This document shows positions 9,826 to 18,524 of a stretch of DNA of 64,000 nucleotides, one piece after another. The stretch comes from Thermodesulfobacteriota bacterium (lineage in GTDB: Bacteria > Desulfobacterota_D > UBA1144 > Nemesobacterales > Mycalebacteriaceae), in the NCBI GenBank assembly GCA_965205855.1, contig OZ242184.1, forward strand, positions 1,248,001 to 1,312,000, given 5' to 3'. Position 1 is the first letter of the stretch; every line of letters starts with the position of its first letter. Below the pieces are notes generated by a model. That model saw nothing but the letters and a program-made list of their open reading frames with translations, did not search any database and was not told where the DNA came from. The position numbers were made by a program, and so were the translations under genes.

Positions 9826-10023
9826 TCATTGCGAAAACTTTTTCAACGTTTGGAAAAGCAGAATAAACCCGCCCGCCGCTCCGAGTGCAAGCCCCGCGAC
9901 AGTCATATAGGGAGTTTCGCCGCCGAACCTACGGTCAAGAAAATCCCCCGCGAAAAGCCCCGCAGCGACCGAAGACGCCATCTCAATTCCCAGAACCGCG
10001 AAAATCATCCATCTGTTTTTCAT
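9826..10023 (-). CDS. AtpZ/AtpI family protein
   Basis: LGIEMA...GDFLDRRF..TP...GLALGAAGGF pattern; first gene of the atp unit. Confidence 0.8.
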   Translation of the reverse strand: MKNRWMIFAVLGIEMASSVAAGLFAGDFLDRRFGGETPYMTVAGLALGAAGGFILLFQTLKKFSQ

Positions 10024-11345
10024 TCGCCGTCTCTCATGACGGACTGCAAAGCGAAGCCAAAAGCCGCGACCGTCTTCTCTATGTCTTTCTCCGTGTGGGC
10101 TTTTGACACAAAAGCCGCTTCAAACTGCGAAGGCGGGAAAAGCACGCCCTTTGAGCGTAGCGCGGAGTGAAAAACACCGAAGGCGCGGGTGTCTGAACCA
10201 AGCGCGCAATCGTAGTCCGTAACCGGGTCGGGCGAGAAAAAAATCGTAAGCATCGAGCCGACCGAATTGACAGTAACAGGCGCGCCCGCGCGCCGCGCCG
10301 CCTCCCTTGCTCCCTCGGCGAGACGCGCTGCCATGCGCTCAATTCCGCGGACTCCGACGGCTCCGCCGATACCCTTTATGGTCGCAATCCCCGCCGCGAC
10401 GGCAATCGGGTTGCCCGAAAGCGTTCCCGCCTGATAGACAGGGCCAAGAGGGGAAAGCATATCCATAATCTCTGTGCGCGCTCCAAACGCACCGACCGGA
10501 AGCCCGCCGCCGATAATTTTGCCAAGACAGGTTATGTCGGGAGTTACGCCAAAAACCCCTTGCGCTCCGCAACCGTCTTTGCCGTAAAGCCGGAAACCCG
10601 TTATCACCTCGTCAAATATCAACAACGCACCGTGCTTATGCGACACCTTCTTCAAAGTTTGTAGAAACGCGCGCGCCGGAGGCACAACCCCCATGTTCGC
10701 GGCGACCGGCTCCACAACTATCGCAGCGATACCGCTGCTGTGGCGCTTGAAAATCCTTTCTACCGAATCGGTGTCGTTGTATCGGGCGACAAGCGTTTTG
10801 GACGCAAAAGACTTCGGCACCCCCGCGCTTCCCGGATTGCCGAAAGTGGTCGCGCCGGAACCGGCTTTGACAAGCAGATGGTCGGCATGACCGTGATAGC
10901 AACCCTCAAATTTTACAATCAGATCGCGTCCCGTAAACGCTCTGGCAAGACGCACGGCACTCATGAGGGCTTCGGTTCCGGAGTTTGTCATTCTCACCTT
11001 TTCAATTGACTTGAAAGATTTTCTCACAATCCGCGCAATCTCAATCTCCGCCTCGCACGAAACGCCGTAACTTGTTCCCGTCTTTGCCGCGGCGGACACC
11101 GCCCTGACAACAGACGGGTGGGCGTGCCCCAGAATCAGGGGGCCCCATGACGACATATAGTCGGTATAGCGGTTGCCATCCGCGTCATACACATACGCTC
11201 CTTTCGCCTTTGATATGAAAAGAGAAGAGCCACCAACCGCTCCGAAAGAGCGCACGGGGCTGTTCACTCCGCCCACAAGGAGTTTTCGCGCCGAAGAGAA
11301 AAGCGCAGACGATTTGGAGTTGCGAGGTTCGGTTTTTTTTACCAA
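10020..11345 (-). CDS. hemL: glutamate-1-semialdehyde 2,1-aminomutase
   Basis: GGVNSPVRSF, SWGPLILGH, NSGTEA, FEGCYHGH, LIFDEVITGFR, GKIIGGGLPVGA, YQAGTLSGNP. Start taken at TTG 11345. Confidence 0.96.
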   Translation of the reverse strand: MVKKTEPRNSKSSALFSSARKLLVGGVNSPVRSFGAVGGSSLFISKAKGAYVYDADGNRYTDYMSSWGPLILGHAHPSVVRAVSAAAKTGTSYGVSCEAEIEIARIVRKSFKSIEKVRMTNSGTEALMSAVRLARAFTGRDLIVKFEGCYHGHADHLLVKAGSGATTFGNPGSAGVPKSFASKTLVARYNDTDSVERIFKRHSSGIAAIVVEPVAANMGVVPPARAFLQTLKKVSHKHGALLIFDEVITGFRLYGKDGCGAQGVFGVTPDITCLGKIIGGGLPVGAFGARTEIMDMLSPLGPVYQAGTLSGNPIAVAAGIATIKGIGGAVGVRGIERMAARLAEGAREAARRAGAPVTVNSVGSMLTIFFSPDPVTDYDCALGSDTRAFGVFHSALRSKGVLFPPSQFEAAFVSKAHTEKDIEKTVAAFGFALQSVMRDGE

Positions 11346-11461
11346 TTTACGACCCAGCGGCGCAGAAGGCGCCGGACGTTTGCCGCTTGCATAGTATAAG
11401 AGCGCACGGAGTTTTTCAATTATTCGCTCCGGCGGTTTATAATGAAGAGAGATTTTCGCAG

Positions 11462-12679
11462 ATGAGCAAAAAAAACTCCGCACAGCCCCGGTATATCCTC
11501 ATAGGAATATCCTGCGAAAACGGAATGTTCTCTCTTCCGGCCGATTCGGAGAGTGCGGTGCGCGAAAGCCGGGTTTTTTCGGGCGGAAAAAGGCATTTTG
11601 AAAAAATCCGGCGGTTCCTCCCTGCGGACGCGCAGTGGATTGAGATTGGCGGAGACATTGAAGAAACTCTGCGCCTTTACGATGAGCGTCTGAAAAACGC
11701 AAACGCTAAAATTGTAATCTTCGCGTCTGGCGACCCTCTTTTCTACGGAATCGGCTCCACACTCAAACGTCTGCGCCCCGATTGCGGACTTGAGATTTTC
11801 CCCGCTCCAAACAGCGTTCAAACCCTTTGCCGCAAAACCGTCATACCGTATGAAAACATGGTCACGGCATCGGTTCACGGAAGGGACTGGCACGAACTTG
11901 ACCGCGCTCTCATAGCGGGAGAAAAACTGATAGGACTCCTCACCGATATGGCAAATTCCCCCTCGGCGGCGGCGCGCCGGATGATTGAATACGGCTTTGA
12001 AAGCTACAGGTGCATAACCGGAGAAAATCTTGGTGAAAAAGATGAAAGAACGGGCGTTTTCTCCGTGCGAGAGATGGAGGAGACGGAATTCAAACAGCCG
12101 TGCGTTGTGATACTTGAGAGAACGGAGAAAACCGGACGGCAGACAGCGGACGGGGATTTTGAAACTCTTGAAGGCAAGCCCGGAATGATATCCAAACTTC
12201 CGGCGCGCGCGTGTGCGATTTCACGACTTTGTCTGCGCGGGGCGGAGCATTTCTGGGACATCGGTTTCTGTACGGGCGCAGTCTCGGTGGAGGCGAGGCG
12301 CGGGTTTGCTGCGCTGCGTGTTACGGCATTTGAAAAAAACCGCGCTTGTGAAAAACTGATTGAAGCGAACTCAAAAAAATTCTCCGCGCCGGGAATAAAA
12401 GTTGTAATGGGGAATTTTTTTGAATCGGAGCCGGAGAAACTCCCGCCGCCGGATGCCGTTTTCATAGGCGGACACGGGGGACGACTTGCGGAAATGATGA
12501 AAATTGTCGGAAAAATCATCCCCGCGGGAGGAAGAACGGCTATCAACAGCGTTACGGAAAAAAGCGGAAAAATTTTCCGCGACAGCGCGGACTCTTTCGG
12601 TTTTCAAATGGAAGAATCAACCCGCCTGCCATCGGGAACCGAAAAAGGCATTGAGATATTGAGCGCGGTGAAAAAATGA
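11462..12679 (+). CDS. cbiET: precorrin-6Y C5,15-methyltransferase (CbiE-CbiT fusion)
   Basis: ASGDPLFYGIG, SVHGR, WDIGFCTGAVSVE, PDAVFIGGHGG. Start taken at ATG 11462. Confidence 0.9.
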   Translation: MSKKNSAQPRYILIGISCENGMFSLPADSESAVRESRVFSGGKRHFEKIRRFLPADAQWIEIGGDIEETLRLYDERLKNANAKIVIFASGDPLFYGIGSTLKRLRPDCGLEIFPAPNSVQTLCRKTVIPYENMVTASVHGRDWHELDRALIAGEKLIGLLTDMANSPSAAARRMIEYGFESYRCITGENLGEKDERTGVFSVREMEETEFKQPCVVILERTEKTGRQTADGDFETLEGKPGMISKLPARACAISRLCLRGAEHFWDIGFCTGAVSVEARRGFAALRVTAFEKNRACEKLIEANSKKFSAPGIKVVMGNFFESEPEKLPPPDAVFIGGHGGRLAEMMKIVGKIIPAGGRTAINSVTEKSGKIFRDSADSFGFQMEESTRLPSGTEKGIEILSAVKK

Positions 12680-14238
12680 AAAGAACCGCTATAGTGGCAG
12701 TGTCCGAAACCGGAATAAAAATAGCCCGTGAGATTAAGAAGAAAACGGGCGGAGAGAAAAATACCACCGATATTGTGTCAACAAAAAAAGGCGCAGGCCT
12801 CAAAACGGTTAAATCGGTTTCCGGTTTTACCGCGAAACGGTTTGACGATTACAACGCTTTTATTTTCATCGGCGCACTCGGAATTTGCGTTCGTTGCGTC
12901 GCCCCAAACATAAAAAATAAAAAAACGGATCCGGCTGTCATAAATGTTTCCGAAGACAAACTTTTCTCCCAATCGGTTTTATCGGGACATGAGGGTGGAG
13001 CCAATGAGTTGGCGGAAAAAACCGCCAGAATTATCGGAGCCAGTCCGGTTATTACCACGGCGACTGAAACCCGTCCGAAATCGCTTTGTATCGGTCTGGG
13101 AAGCCAGCGGGGAATAGAATCCTCGGATTTCATAAAATCGTTTGAAAAAGAGATGAAAAAGCGCGGATTTTCGCCGCTTGATATAGGGGCGATAGCGTCG
13201 GCAAAAATAAAAAAATCGGAACCCGCTTTTGCCGCGCTCGCAGTGAAACTGGGTGTTCCCTTTTATTCTCTGGATGAAAAACGGCTGGCAAAAATTCCCA
13301 AGCCCAACCCGTCTGTGATTGTTATGAAAAAAACCGGAACCGACGGCGTTTGCGAACCGGCCGCGCTTGCGGTTACGGGGGCGAAAAAACTCTTGCTTGA
13401 AAAAACAAAAATAACCCTGCCTTCGGGGAAAAAATACACCTTCGCGGTTGCGGAGAACTCCGGCGCGGACGGGCTTGTGGCGATAGTCGGAGCCGGACCG
13501 GGAGACCCGCGTCTTATCACGGTTGAGGGGCGAGATTTAATACGGCGGGCGGATTTAATTCTTTACGCCGGAAGCCTTGTTCCCGAAAATCTGACCGCTG
13601 GGACAAAAACCGGAGCCGTGGTAAAAAACTCCGCCGTTATGACTCTTGAGACGCAGACAAAACTTATGGAAAAGTTTTATAAAAAAGGCACGTTAATCGT
13701 CCGCCTTCATTCGGGCGACCCGTCAATATACGGGGCGACCGCGGAACAGATGGAAATTCTTGAGAAAAAAGGGATGAAATATGTAATTGTGCCTGGGGTT
13801 TCCTCTTTTCAGGCGGCGGCGGCGAAACTCGGAACGGAATTGACCGCGCCGGAGATTTCGCAGTCAATAATTCTCACAAGAGGCGAGGGAAAAACTCCTA
13901 TGCCGGAGCGGGAAAAACTTTCAGAGATGGCAAAACACCGCGCCGCGATGTGCATTTTTCTGAGCGTGAAAATGGCACGCAAAGTTCAAAAGCAGTTGCT
14001 TGAACACTACGCGCCCGAAACTCCTATCGCGGTTCTTTTCCGCGTAACATGGGAGGATGAAAAGATATGGCGCGGAGAATTGAAAAACCTTGCCGATATT
14101 GTGAGGGAAAACAAACTCACGCGGACGGTTCTTATTCTGGTAGGAGACGCGCTCAAATCCCGTGGAACGCGATCGCATCTTTATCATCCGGAGTGGAGGC
14201 ATCTTTTCCGGGCGAAAAGGGAAACGGAAATGGTTTAA
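12676..14238 (+). CDS. cobM: CbiG - precorrin-4 C11-methyltransferase (CbiF/CobM) fusion
   Basis: N-half is CbiG (FIGALGICVR, DPAVI, LSGHEGGAN, VITTAT, GVCEPAAL); C-half is CobM (VGAGPGDPRLIT, YAGSLV, RLHSGDPSIYG, PGVSSFQAAAA). Confidence 0.92.
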   Translation: MKRTAIVAVSETGIKIAREIKKKTGGEKNTTDIVSTKKGAGLKTVKSVSGFTAKRFDDYNAFIFIGALGICVRCVAPNIKNKKTDPAVINVSEDKLFSQSVLSGHEGGANELAEKTARIIGASPVITTATETRPKSLCIGLGSQRGIESSDFIKSFEKEMKKRGFSPLDIGAIASAKIKKSEPAFAALAVKLGVPFYSLDEKRLAKIPKPNPSVIVMKKTGTDGVCEPAALAVTGAKKLLLEKTKITLPSGKKYTFAVAENSGADGLVAIVGAGPGDPRLITVEGRDLIRRADLILYAGSLVPENLTAGTKTGAVVKNSAVMTLETQTKLMEKFYKKGTLIVRLHSGDPSIYGATAEQMEILEKKGMKYVIVPGVSSFQAAAAKLGTELTAPEISQSIILTRGEGKTPMPEREKLSEMAKHRAAMCIFLSVKMARKVQKQLLEHYAPETPIAVLFRVTWEDEKIWRGELKNLADIVRENKLTRTVLILVGDALKSRGTRSHLYHPEWRHLFRAKRETEMV

Positions 14239-14305
14239 AGTTAAAAGAGGCTCTGAATATGGAAAAATATTTTGCAATTCAGATTGTTTATACGGACGGT
14301 GAAAA

Positions 14306-15088
14306 TTGAAAAACTCCGCGCCAACCATCCTCATATTCGGCGGGACAACCGAAGGGAAAAAAGCCGCCAACGCTCTGGACTCCGAAAAATTGCGTTATTT
14401 TTACTCCACAAAAACCCGCACCGGTTTTCAGCCATCCGCTTTTTGCGACTATATTCACGGTACGTTGGACGACAAGTCTCTGCCAGAGTTTATAAAAAAG
14501 AATAAAATAAAACTGATTGTAAATGCCGCGCACCCTTTTGCCCAACACTTGCACAAAACCGTCTCCGATGTTTGCGGGAAAATGAAAATCCCCGTCATAC
14601 TTTATGAAAGAGAATACCCCGAAAGAATCAGCCATTCGCTTGTCACGTATTGCAGAGACTACAAAGACGCCGTGAAAAAATTAAACAATGAAAAAGGCAT
14701 TTGCCTTATACTTAGCGGAGTACAAACACTTTCGGACTTGAAGCCACTGTGGGAAAGCCGGAAAGATTGCTACGCCCGCATACTACCGCGCGAAACCTCG
14801 GTCGCTCTTGCGGTTAAACAGGGATTTCAAAAAGACCGTCTCATAAGGGAAATGCCGACATCGGACTTAAAAAAAGAAAAAACACTTTTTGACAAACTCA
14901 AAATAAAATCAATTATAACAAAAGAAAGCGGAAACAGCGGAAGTCAGAAAACAAAAATAAAAGCCGCAATTGAAACGGGCGCAAAAACGGTTGTGATTAA
15001 ACGCCCGAAAATTCCGCGGTTTTCCTGCGCGGTTTTTTCGGAAAAAGAGTTGATTAAAAAAACAAGGGAATTCCGCCATGTGCCTTGA
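14306..15088 (+). CDS. cobK: precorrin-6A/cobalt-precorrin-6A reductase
   Basis: ILIFGGTTEG, NAAHPFA, ARILP, ITKESG..G, VVIKRP. Confidence 0.9.
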   Translation: MKNSAPTILIFGGTTEGKKAANALDSEKLRYFYSTKTRTGFQPSAFCDYIHGTLDDKSLPEFIKKNKIKLIVNAAHPFAQHLHKTVSDVCGKMKIPVILYEREYPERISHSLVTYCRDYKDAVKKLNNEKGICLILSGVQTLSDLKPLWESRKDCYARILPRETSVALAVKQGFQKDRLIREMPTSDLKKEKTLFDKLKIKSIITKESGNSGSQKTKIKAAIETGAKTVVIKRPKIPRFSCAVFSEKELIKKTREFRHVP

Positions 15089-16181
15089 ACCTCCTCCGAA
15101 AAACAGAAAAGCAATGAAAACCGGACACACAACCGGCGCATGTGCGGCGGCGTGCTCAAAAGCGGCCGTTTTAAGTCTGTTGAGACAGAAAAAAATACAA
15201 AAAGTGGAAATTACACTTCCGGGAGGAAAAACGGCGAATTTTGAAATCAACGATTGCGAATATGACAAGAGCAGCGCGACCGCAACAACAATTAAAAACG
15301 CGGGAGATGACCCCGATGTTACGCACGGAGCAGTAATCGGCAGCAAGGTTTCAATAAATCAAACCGGAAAAATAAGGTTTCTGCGCGGAAAAGGAGTAGG
15401 AGAAATAACACTTCCGGGACTGGGAATAAAAGTCGGCGAACCCGCCATAAATGCAGTTCCGAGAAAAATGATGAGCGCCGCAGTGGGAGATTTGCTGGAA
15501 AAAAGCGGACAGGGAAATCCGGGCGCGGACATAACGGTTTTTGTGCCGGAAGGAGAAAAACTTTCGAAAAAAACCCTCAATTCCCGTCTTGGAATCAGAG
15601 GCGGAATATCAATAATAGGCACAACGGGAATTGTGCGCCCGTTTTCAAGCGCGTCATACGTGGCAAGCATATATCAGGCGTTGAAAATAGCGTCCGAAAA
15701 CGGATGCGAGCGCATTGTGGCGTCATCGGGGGGAAGAAGCGAAAATTTTCTGAAAAAGGAGTTTCCCCGTCTTCCGGGCTACGCTTTTATTCAATACGGA
15801 AACTGGGTCGGCAAACTGCTGGACGCGGCGGAGAAAAACCGCGCGCAAGACCTGACCCTTGCGACAATGATAGGCAAAGCGGTTAAACTTGCCACCGGAG
15901 ACATGAACACTCACAGCGGAAAAACCGCCTGGGACAGGGAAGCCATCGTAAAGATAGCGATTAAAGCGGGCGCGGAAAAAGACTCGGCGGCGCTCATAAA
16001 AAATCTGAACGCCGCTGGGCGGATTGTGGAAATTTTCCCGATTCGCGCGGGCGAACAGTTCCATCTGGAATTGCTCAAACAATGCTTCAAACACTGCTCC
16101 GAAAAATTCAGCGGCTCCCTTACGCTCGCGCTTGTCGGAATTGACGGGGAAATAGTGTGGTATCCTGAACGCGATGTCTGA
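15078..16181 (+). CDS. cbiD: cobalt-precorrin-5B C1-methyltransferase
   Basis: TGHTTGACAAA, KNAGDDPDVTHG, GEPAINAVPR, TLNSRLGIRGGISIIGTTGIVRPFS. Start may be ATG 15114. Confidence 0.95.
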   Translation: MCLEPPPKNRKAMKTGHTTGACAAACSKAAVLSLLRQKKIQKVEITLPGGKTANFEINDCEYDKSSATATTIKNAGDDPDVTHGAVIGSKVSINQTGKIRFLRGKGVGEITLPGLGIKVGEPAINAVPRKMMSAAVGDLLEKSGQGNPGADITVFVPEGEKLSKKTLNSRLGIRGGISIIGTTGIVRPFSSASYVASIYQALKIASENGCERIVASSGGRSENFLKKEFPRLPGYAFIQYGNWVGKLLDAAEKNRAQDLTLATMIGKAVKLATGDMNTHSGKTAWDREAIVKIAIKAGAEKDSAALIKNLNAAGRIVEIFPIRAGEQFHLELLKQCFKHCSEKFSGSLTLALVGIDGEIVWYPERDV

Positions 16182-17100
16182 AACACCGGCAAAGCATTTC
16201 CCTTTTACGGCGATATGCGGTCAGGACGACCTCAAACTCGCCCTTATTCTCTGTGCCGTTGACGCGCAAATCGGAGGGGTTCTTGTCCGCGGAGAAAAGG
16301 GAACGGGGAAAACCACCGCCGTTCGCGCCATCGGAGATTTGCTTTCGCGTGGCGGACACGATTTTCCGGTTGTAAATCTGCCCATAGGGGCGACAGAGGA
16401 CAGGGTCCTCGGAGCGGTTGACCTTGAAAAACTTATAAATGAGAAAAAACAGTCCGTCCGCACCGGACTTCTTGAACAATCAGACGGCGGATTTCTCTAT
16501 ATTGACGAGATTAATCTGCTTGACGATTACCTGACCGATATTCTTCTTGACGCCGCGGCGACGGGGGAATACATGCTTGAGAGAGATGGAATATCAAGGC
16601 GTATACAGTCCCGCTTCCGCCTTGTGGGAACAATGAACAGGGAAGAAGGCGAACTCAGACCCCAGCTTCTGGACAGATTCGGTCTGTGCGTTGAAGTGAA
16701 ATCGCCCGAAGACCCAAGCACGCGGCAGACAGTCGCGCGGCGGAGAATGGAGTTTGACTCCTCCCCCGAAGCGTTCTCAGCGCGCTTTGAAGAGGAGCAG
16801 GCAAAACTGCGCCTACGCGTAAGCGATGCGGCGGAAAATCTCAACCGTGTGGAAGTCAGTGACAGTATTTTTGAAAAATCGTCCGATATTGCAATCACCG
16901 CCGAAGCCGAGGGAATGAGAGCGGACATACTTATTGTTAAATCGGCGCGCGCCCTTGCATCGCTTGAAGGCAGAAACGAAATTACTGAGGCGGATGTGGA
17001 AAAAGTCGCGCCTTTTGTTCTAAGGCACCGCCGGCGCGGCACGGACGCGGATGAGAAAAAAAAAACTCCGGAACTCCCAACCCTGAAAACGGCGACTTGA
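16174..17100 (+). CDS. Mg/Co chelatase AAA+ ATPase (ChlI-like; 0-frame product of a chlD-like gene)
   Basis: FPFTAICGQ, GEKGTGKTT, LPIGATEDRVLG, LYIDEINLL, MNREEGELRPQLLDRFG, VLRHRRR. Confidence 0.9.
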   Translation: MSETPAKHFPFTAICGQDDLKLALILCAVDAQIGGVLVRGEKGTGKTTAVRAIGDLLSRGGHDFPVVNLPIGATEDRVLGAVDLEKLINEKKQSVRTGLLEQSDGGFLYIDEINLLDDYLTDILLDAAATGEYMLERDGISRRIQSRFRLVGTMNREEGELRPQLLDRFGLCVEVKSPEDPSTRQTVARRRMEFDSSPEAFSARFEEEQAKLRLRVSDAAENLNRVEVSDSIFEKSSDIAITAEAEGMRADILIVKSARALASLEGRNEITEADVEKVAPFVLRHRRRGTDADEKKKTPELPTLKTAT

Positions 17101-17918
17101 AAGACGCCCCGGCAAAGCCGGAAAAAGACGCTTTTGACTCGCTCGCCGACTGCGGGTGGTCTCCCAGAAACGAAAAGGTTTTCTCTCCCGAAGGGGAATT
17201 TGACCCCGTGGAGATTGAACGGGACACCCTCGCGGCGCGGCGCGGAAACTTTGACGCCGAAGAGTCCACGGGAACGGCGAAAAAGCCGGGGAACGGGCGG
17301 AAAATTGATATCTACAACACCGCACGCCGTTATGTGATGCGCGGGGAATTTTCCACGCAATGGGAAAAAGACAAACGGCACGGAAACCTTGCGGTTATTT
17401 TTCTCGTTGATTCCAGTGGCTCAATGTCTGTGGGAAAACAGATATCGCACGCGAAAAAAATCATCGGTGAAACGGTGAGAAAAAACAGGGGGAAAACCAT
17501 AGAGTTTACGGGAGTCGCGATTTTGGATGACGGGGCGGCGGTTTTTTCGCCTCCGGGACGGGACACGGAAAAACTTATTTCCCGGCTCGCGGGACTGAAA
17601 ACCGGAGGCAGAACAAACATGAGCGCGGGCATAGAGATTGCGGATAAAATCGTGCGCAAAAACAAGAACGGAAAGCGCGCGGCTGCGGTTCATATATTCA
17701 CCGACGGCAGAATCAACTTCTGTGAAAGCGGCGGCGATCCGTTTGAAGACAGCGTAATAAGGCTCAGGCGTCTTACCGGAAAACATGTGAGCGCGACCGT
17801 TGTGGACACAGAAGCCGGGTTTGTCAGAATAGGCGCAGCGAAAAAATTTGCCGAAAGAACGGGCGCGTCTTATATACGGCCGGCGGTTGCCGCGACGGCG
17901 GTTTGGGATGTATTATAA
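17055..17918 (+). CDS. VWA-domain C-terminal half of chlD-like chelatase subunit (-1 frame)
   Basis: IFLVDSSGSM (MIDAS), TGGRT, IFTDGR, VVDTE. The frame is open from the A10 run at 17056-17065; the track starts it at TTG 17097. Confidence 0.82.
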   Translation, partial: EKKNSGTPNPENGDLKDAPAKPEKDAFDSLADCGWSPRNEKVFSPEGEFDPVEIERDTLAARRGNFDAEESTGTAKKPGNGRKIDIYNTARRYVMRGEFSTQWEKDKRHGNLAVIFLVDSSGSMSVGKQISHAKKIIGETVRKNRGKTIEFTGVAILDDGAAVFSPPGRDTEKLISRLAGLKTGGRTNMSAGIEIADKIVRKNKNGKRAAAVHIFTDGRINFCESGGDPFEDSVIRLRRLTGKHVSATVVDTEAGFVRIGAAKKFAERTGASYIRPAVAATAVWDVL

Positions 17919-17941
17919 AGTCGTCTGTGAGGAAACCGACT

Positions 17942-18514
17942 TTGAAGATATACACAAAAAAAGGCGATACGGGTAAGACGGCGCTTTTCGGCGGGCGTCG
18001 CGTCGACAAGGACGATGTGCGGGTTGATTGCTACGGAACTCTGGACGAGGCAAATTCCACAATCGGGCTTTTGCGCTCAAAACTGAGTGAGAACCACGAG
18101 TGGCAAAAGGGCCTGCACAAAATACAGAAGGACATGATGGATATGATGTCTCATCTTGCCCGTCCGTCTGATTCGCACAAGGAAAACACAAACCCGATGC
18201 CTACTGACGGCGCGGAATTCTGCGAAAAATGGGTGGACGAACTTGAGGAGAAAATGTCGTCTCCGTCGGACTATTTTCTGCTTCCGGGGGGAAACGAGAT
18301 ATCCGCGCTCTGCCATGTTGTGAGAACGCAAGTCAGAAGGGGCGAGCGTAAACTCGTCTCGCTTATGAAAGAGGACAAAATAAACCCCGCGATTGCGGCT
18401 TACATAAACCGCCTTTCGGATCTTTTCTTTACGCTTGCGAGAGCGGAAATGGACAGCAAGGGAGTGGCGGAAGAAAAATGGCGGCTGTTTCTTTACAAGA
18501 AAAAAAGGAAATGA
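17942..18514 (+). CDS. ATP:cob(I)alamin adenosyltransferase (PduO-type)
   Basis: KIYTKKGDTGKT, YGTLDEANS, FLLPGG, HVVRTQVRRGER, YINRLSDLFF. Start taken at TTG 17942. Confidence 0.93.
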   Translation: MKIYTKKGDTGKTALFGGRRVDKDDVRVDCYGTLDEANSTIGLLRSKLSENHEWQKGLHKIQKDMMDMMSHLARPSDSHKENTNPMPTDGAEFCEKWVDELEEKMSSPSDYFLLPGGNEISALCHVVRTQVRRGERKLVSLMKEDKINPAIAAYINRLSDLFFTLARAEMDSKGVAEEKWRLFLYKKKRK

Positions 18515-18524
18515 AAACCGCGCG

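Noticed and set aside
8392-10023. atp operon missing atpF/H/A/G/D/C
   Set aside because: A split F0 (atpIBE) versus atpFHAGDC arrangement is well known in deltaproteobacterial lineages.
11346-11461. Possible cobalamin riboswitch before the cob clusters
   Set aside because: The upstream gaps are too short (about 115 nt and 9 nt) and I saw no recognisable B12-box.
14252-14283. TCTGAAT...ATTCAGA inverted repeat between cobM and cobK
   Set aside because: AT-rich weak stem with no clear U tail; insufficient support for a terminator or operator.
15060-15120. cobK/cbiD overlap as a frameshifted fusion
   Set aside because: Both ORFs look complete, cbiD has usable ATGs, and an 11-nt overlap is ordinary coupling.
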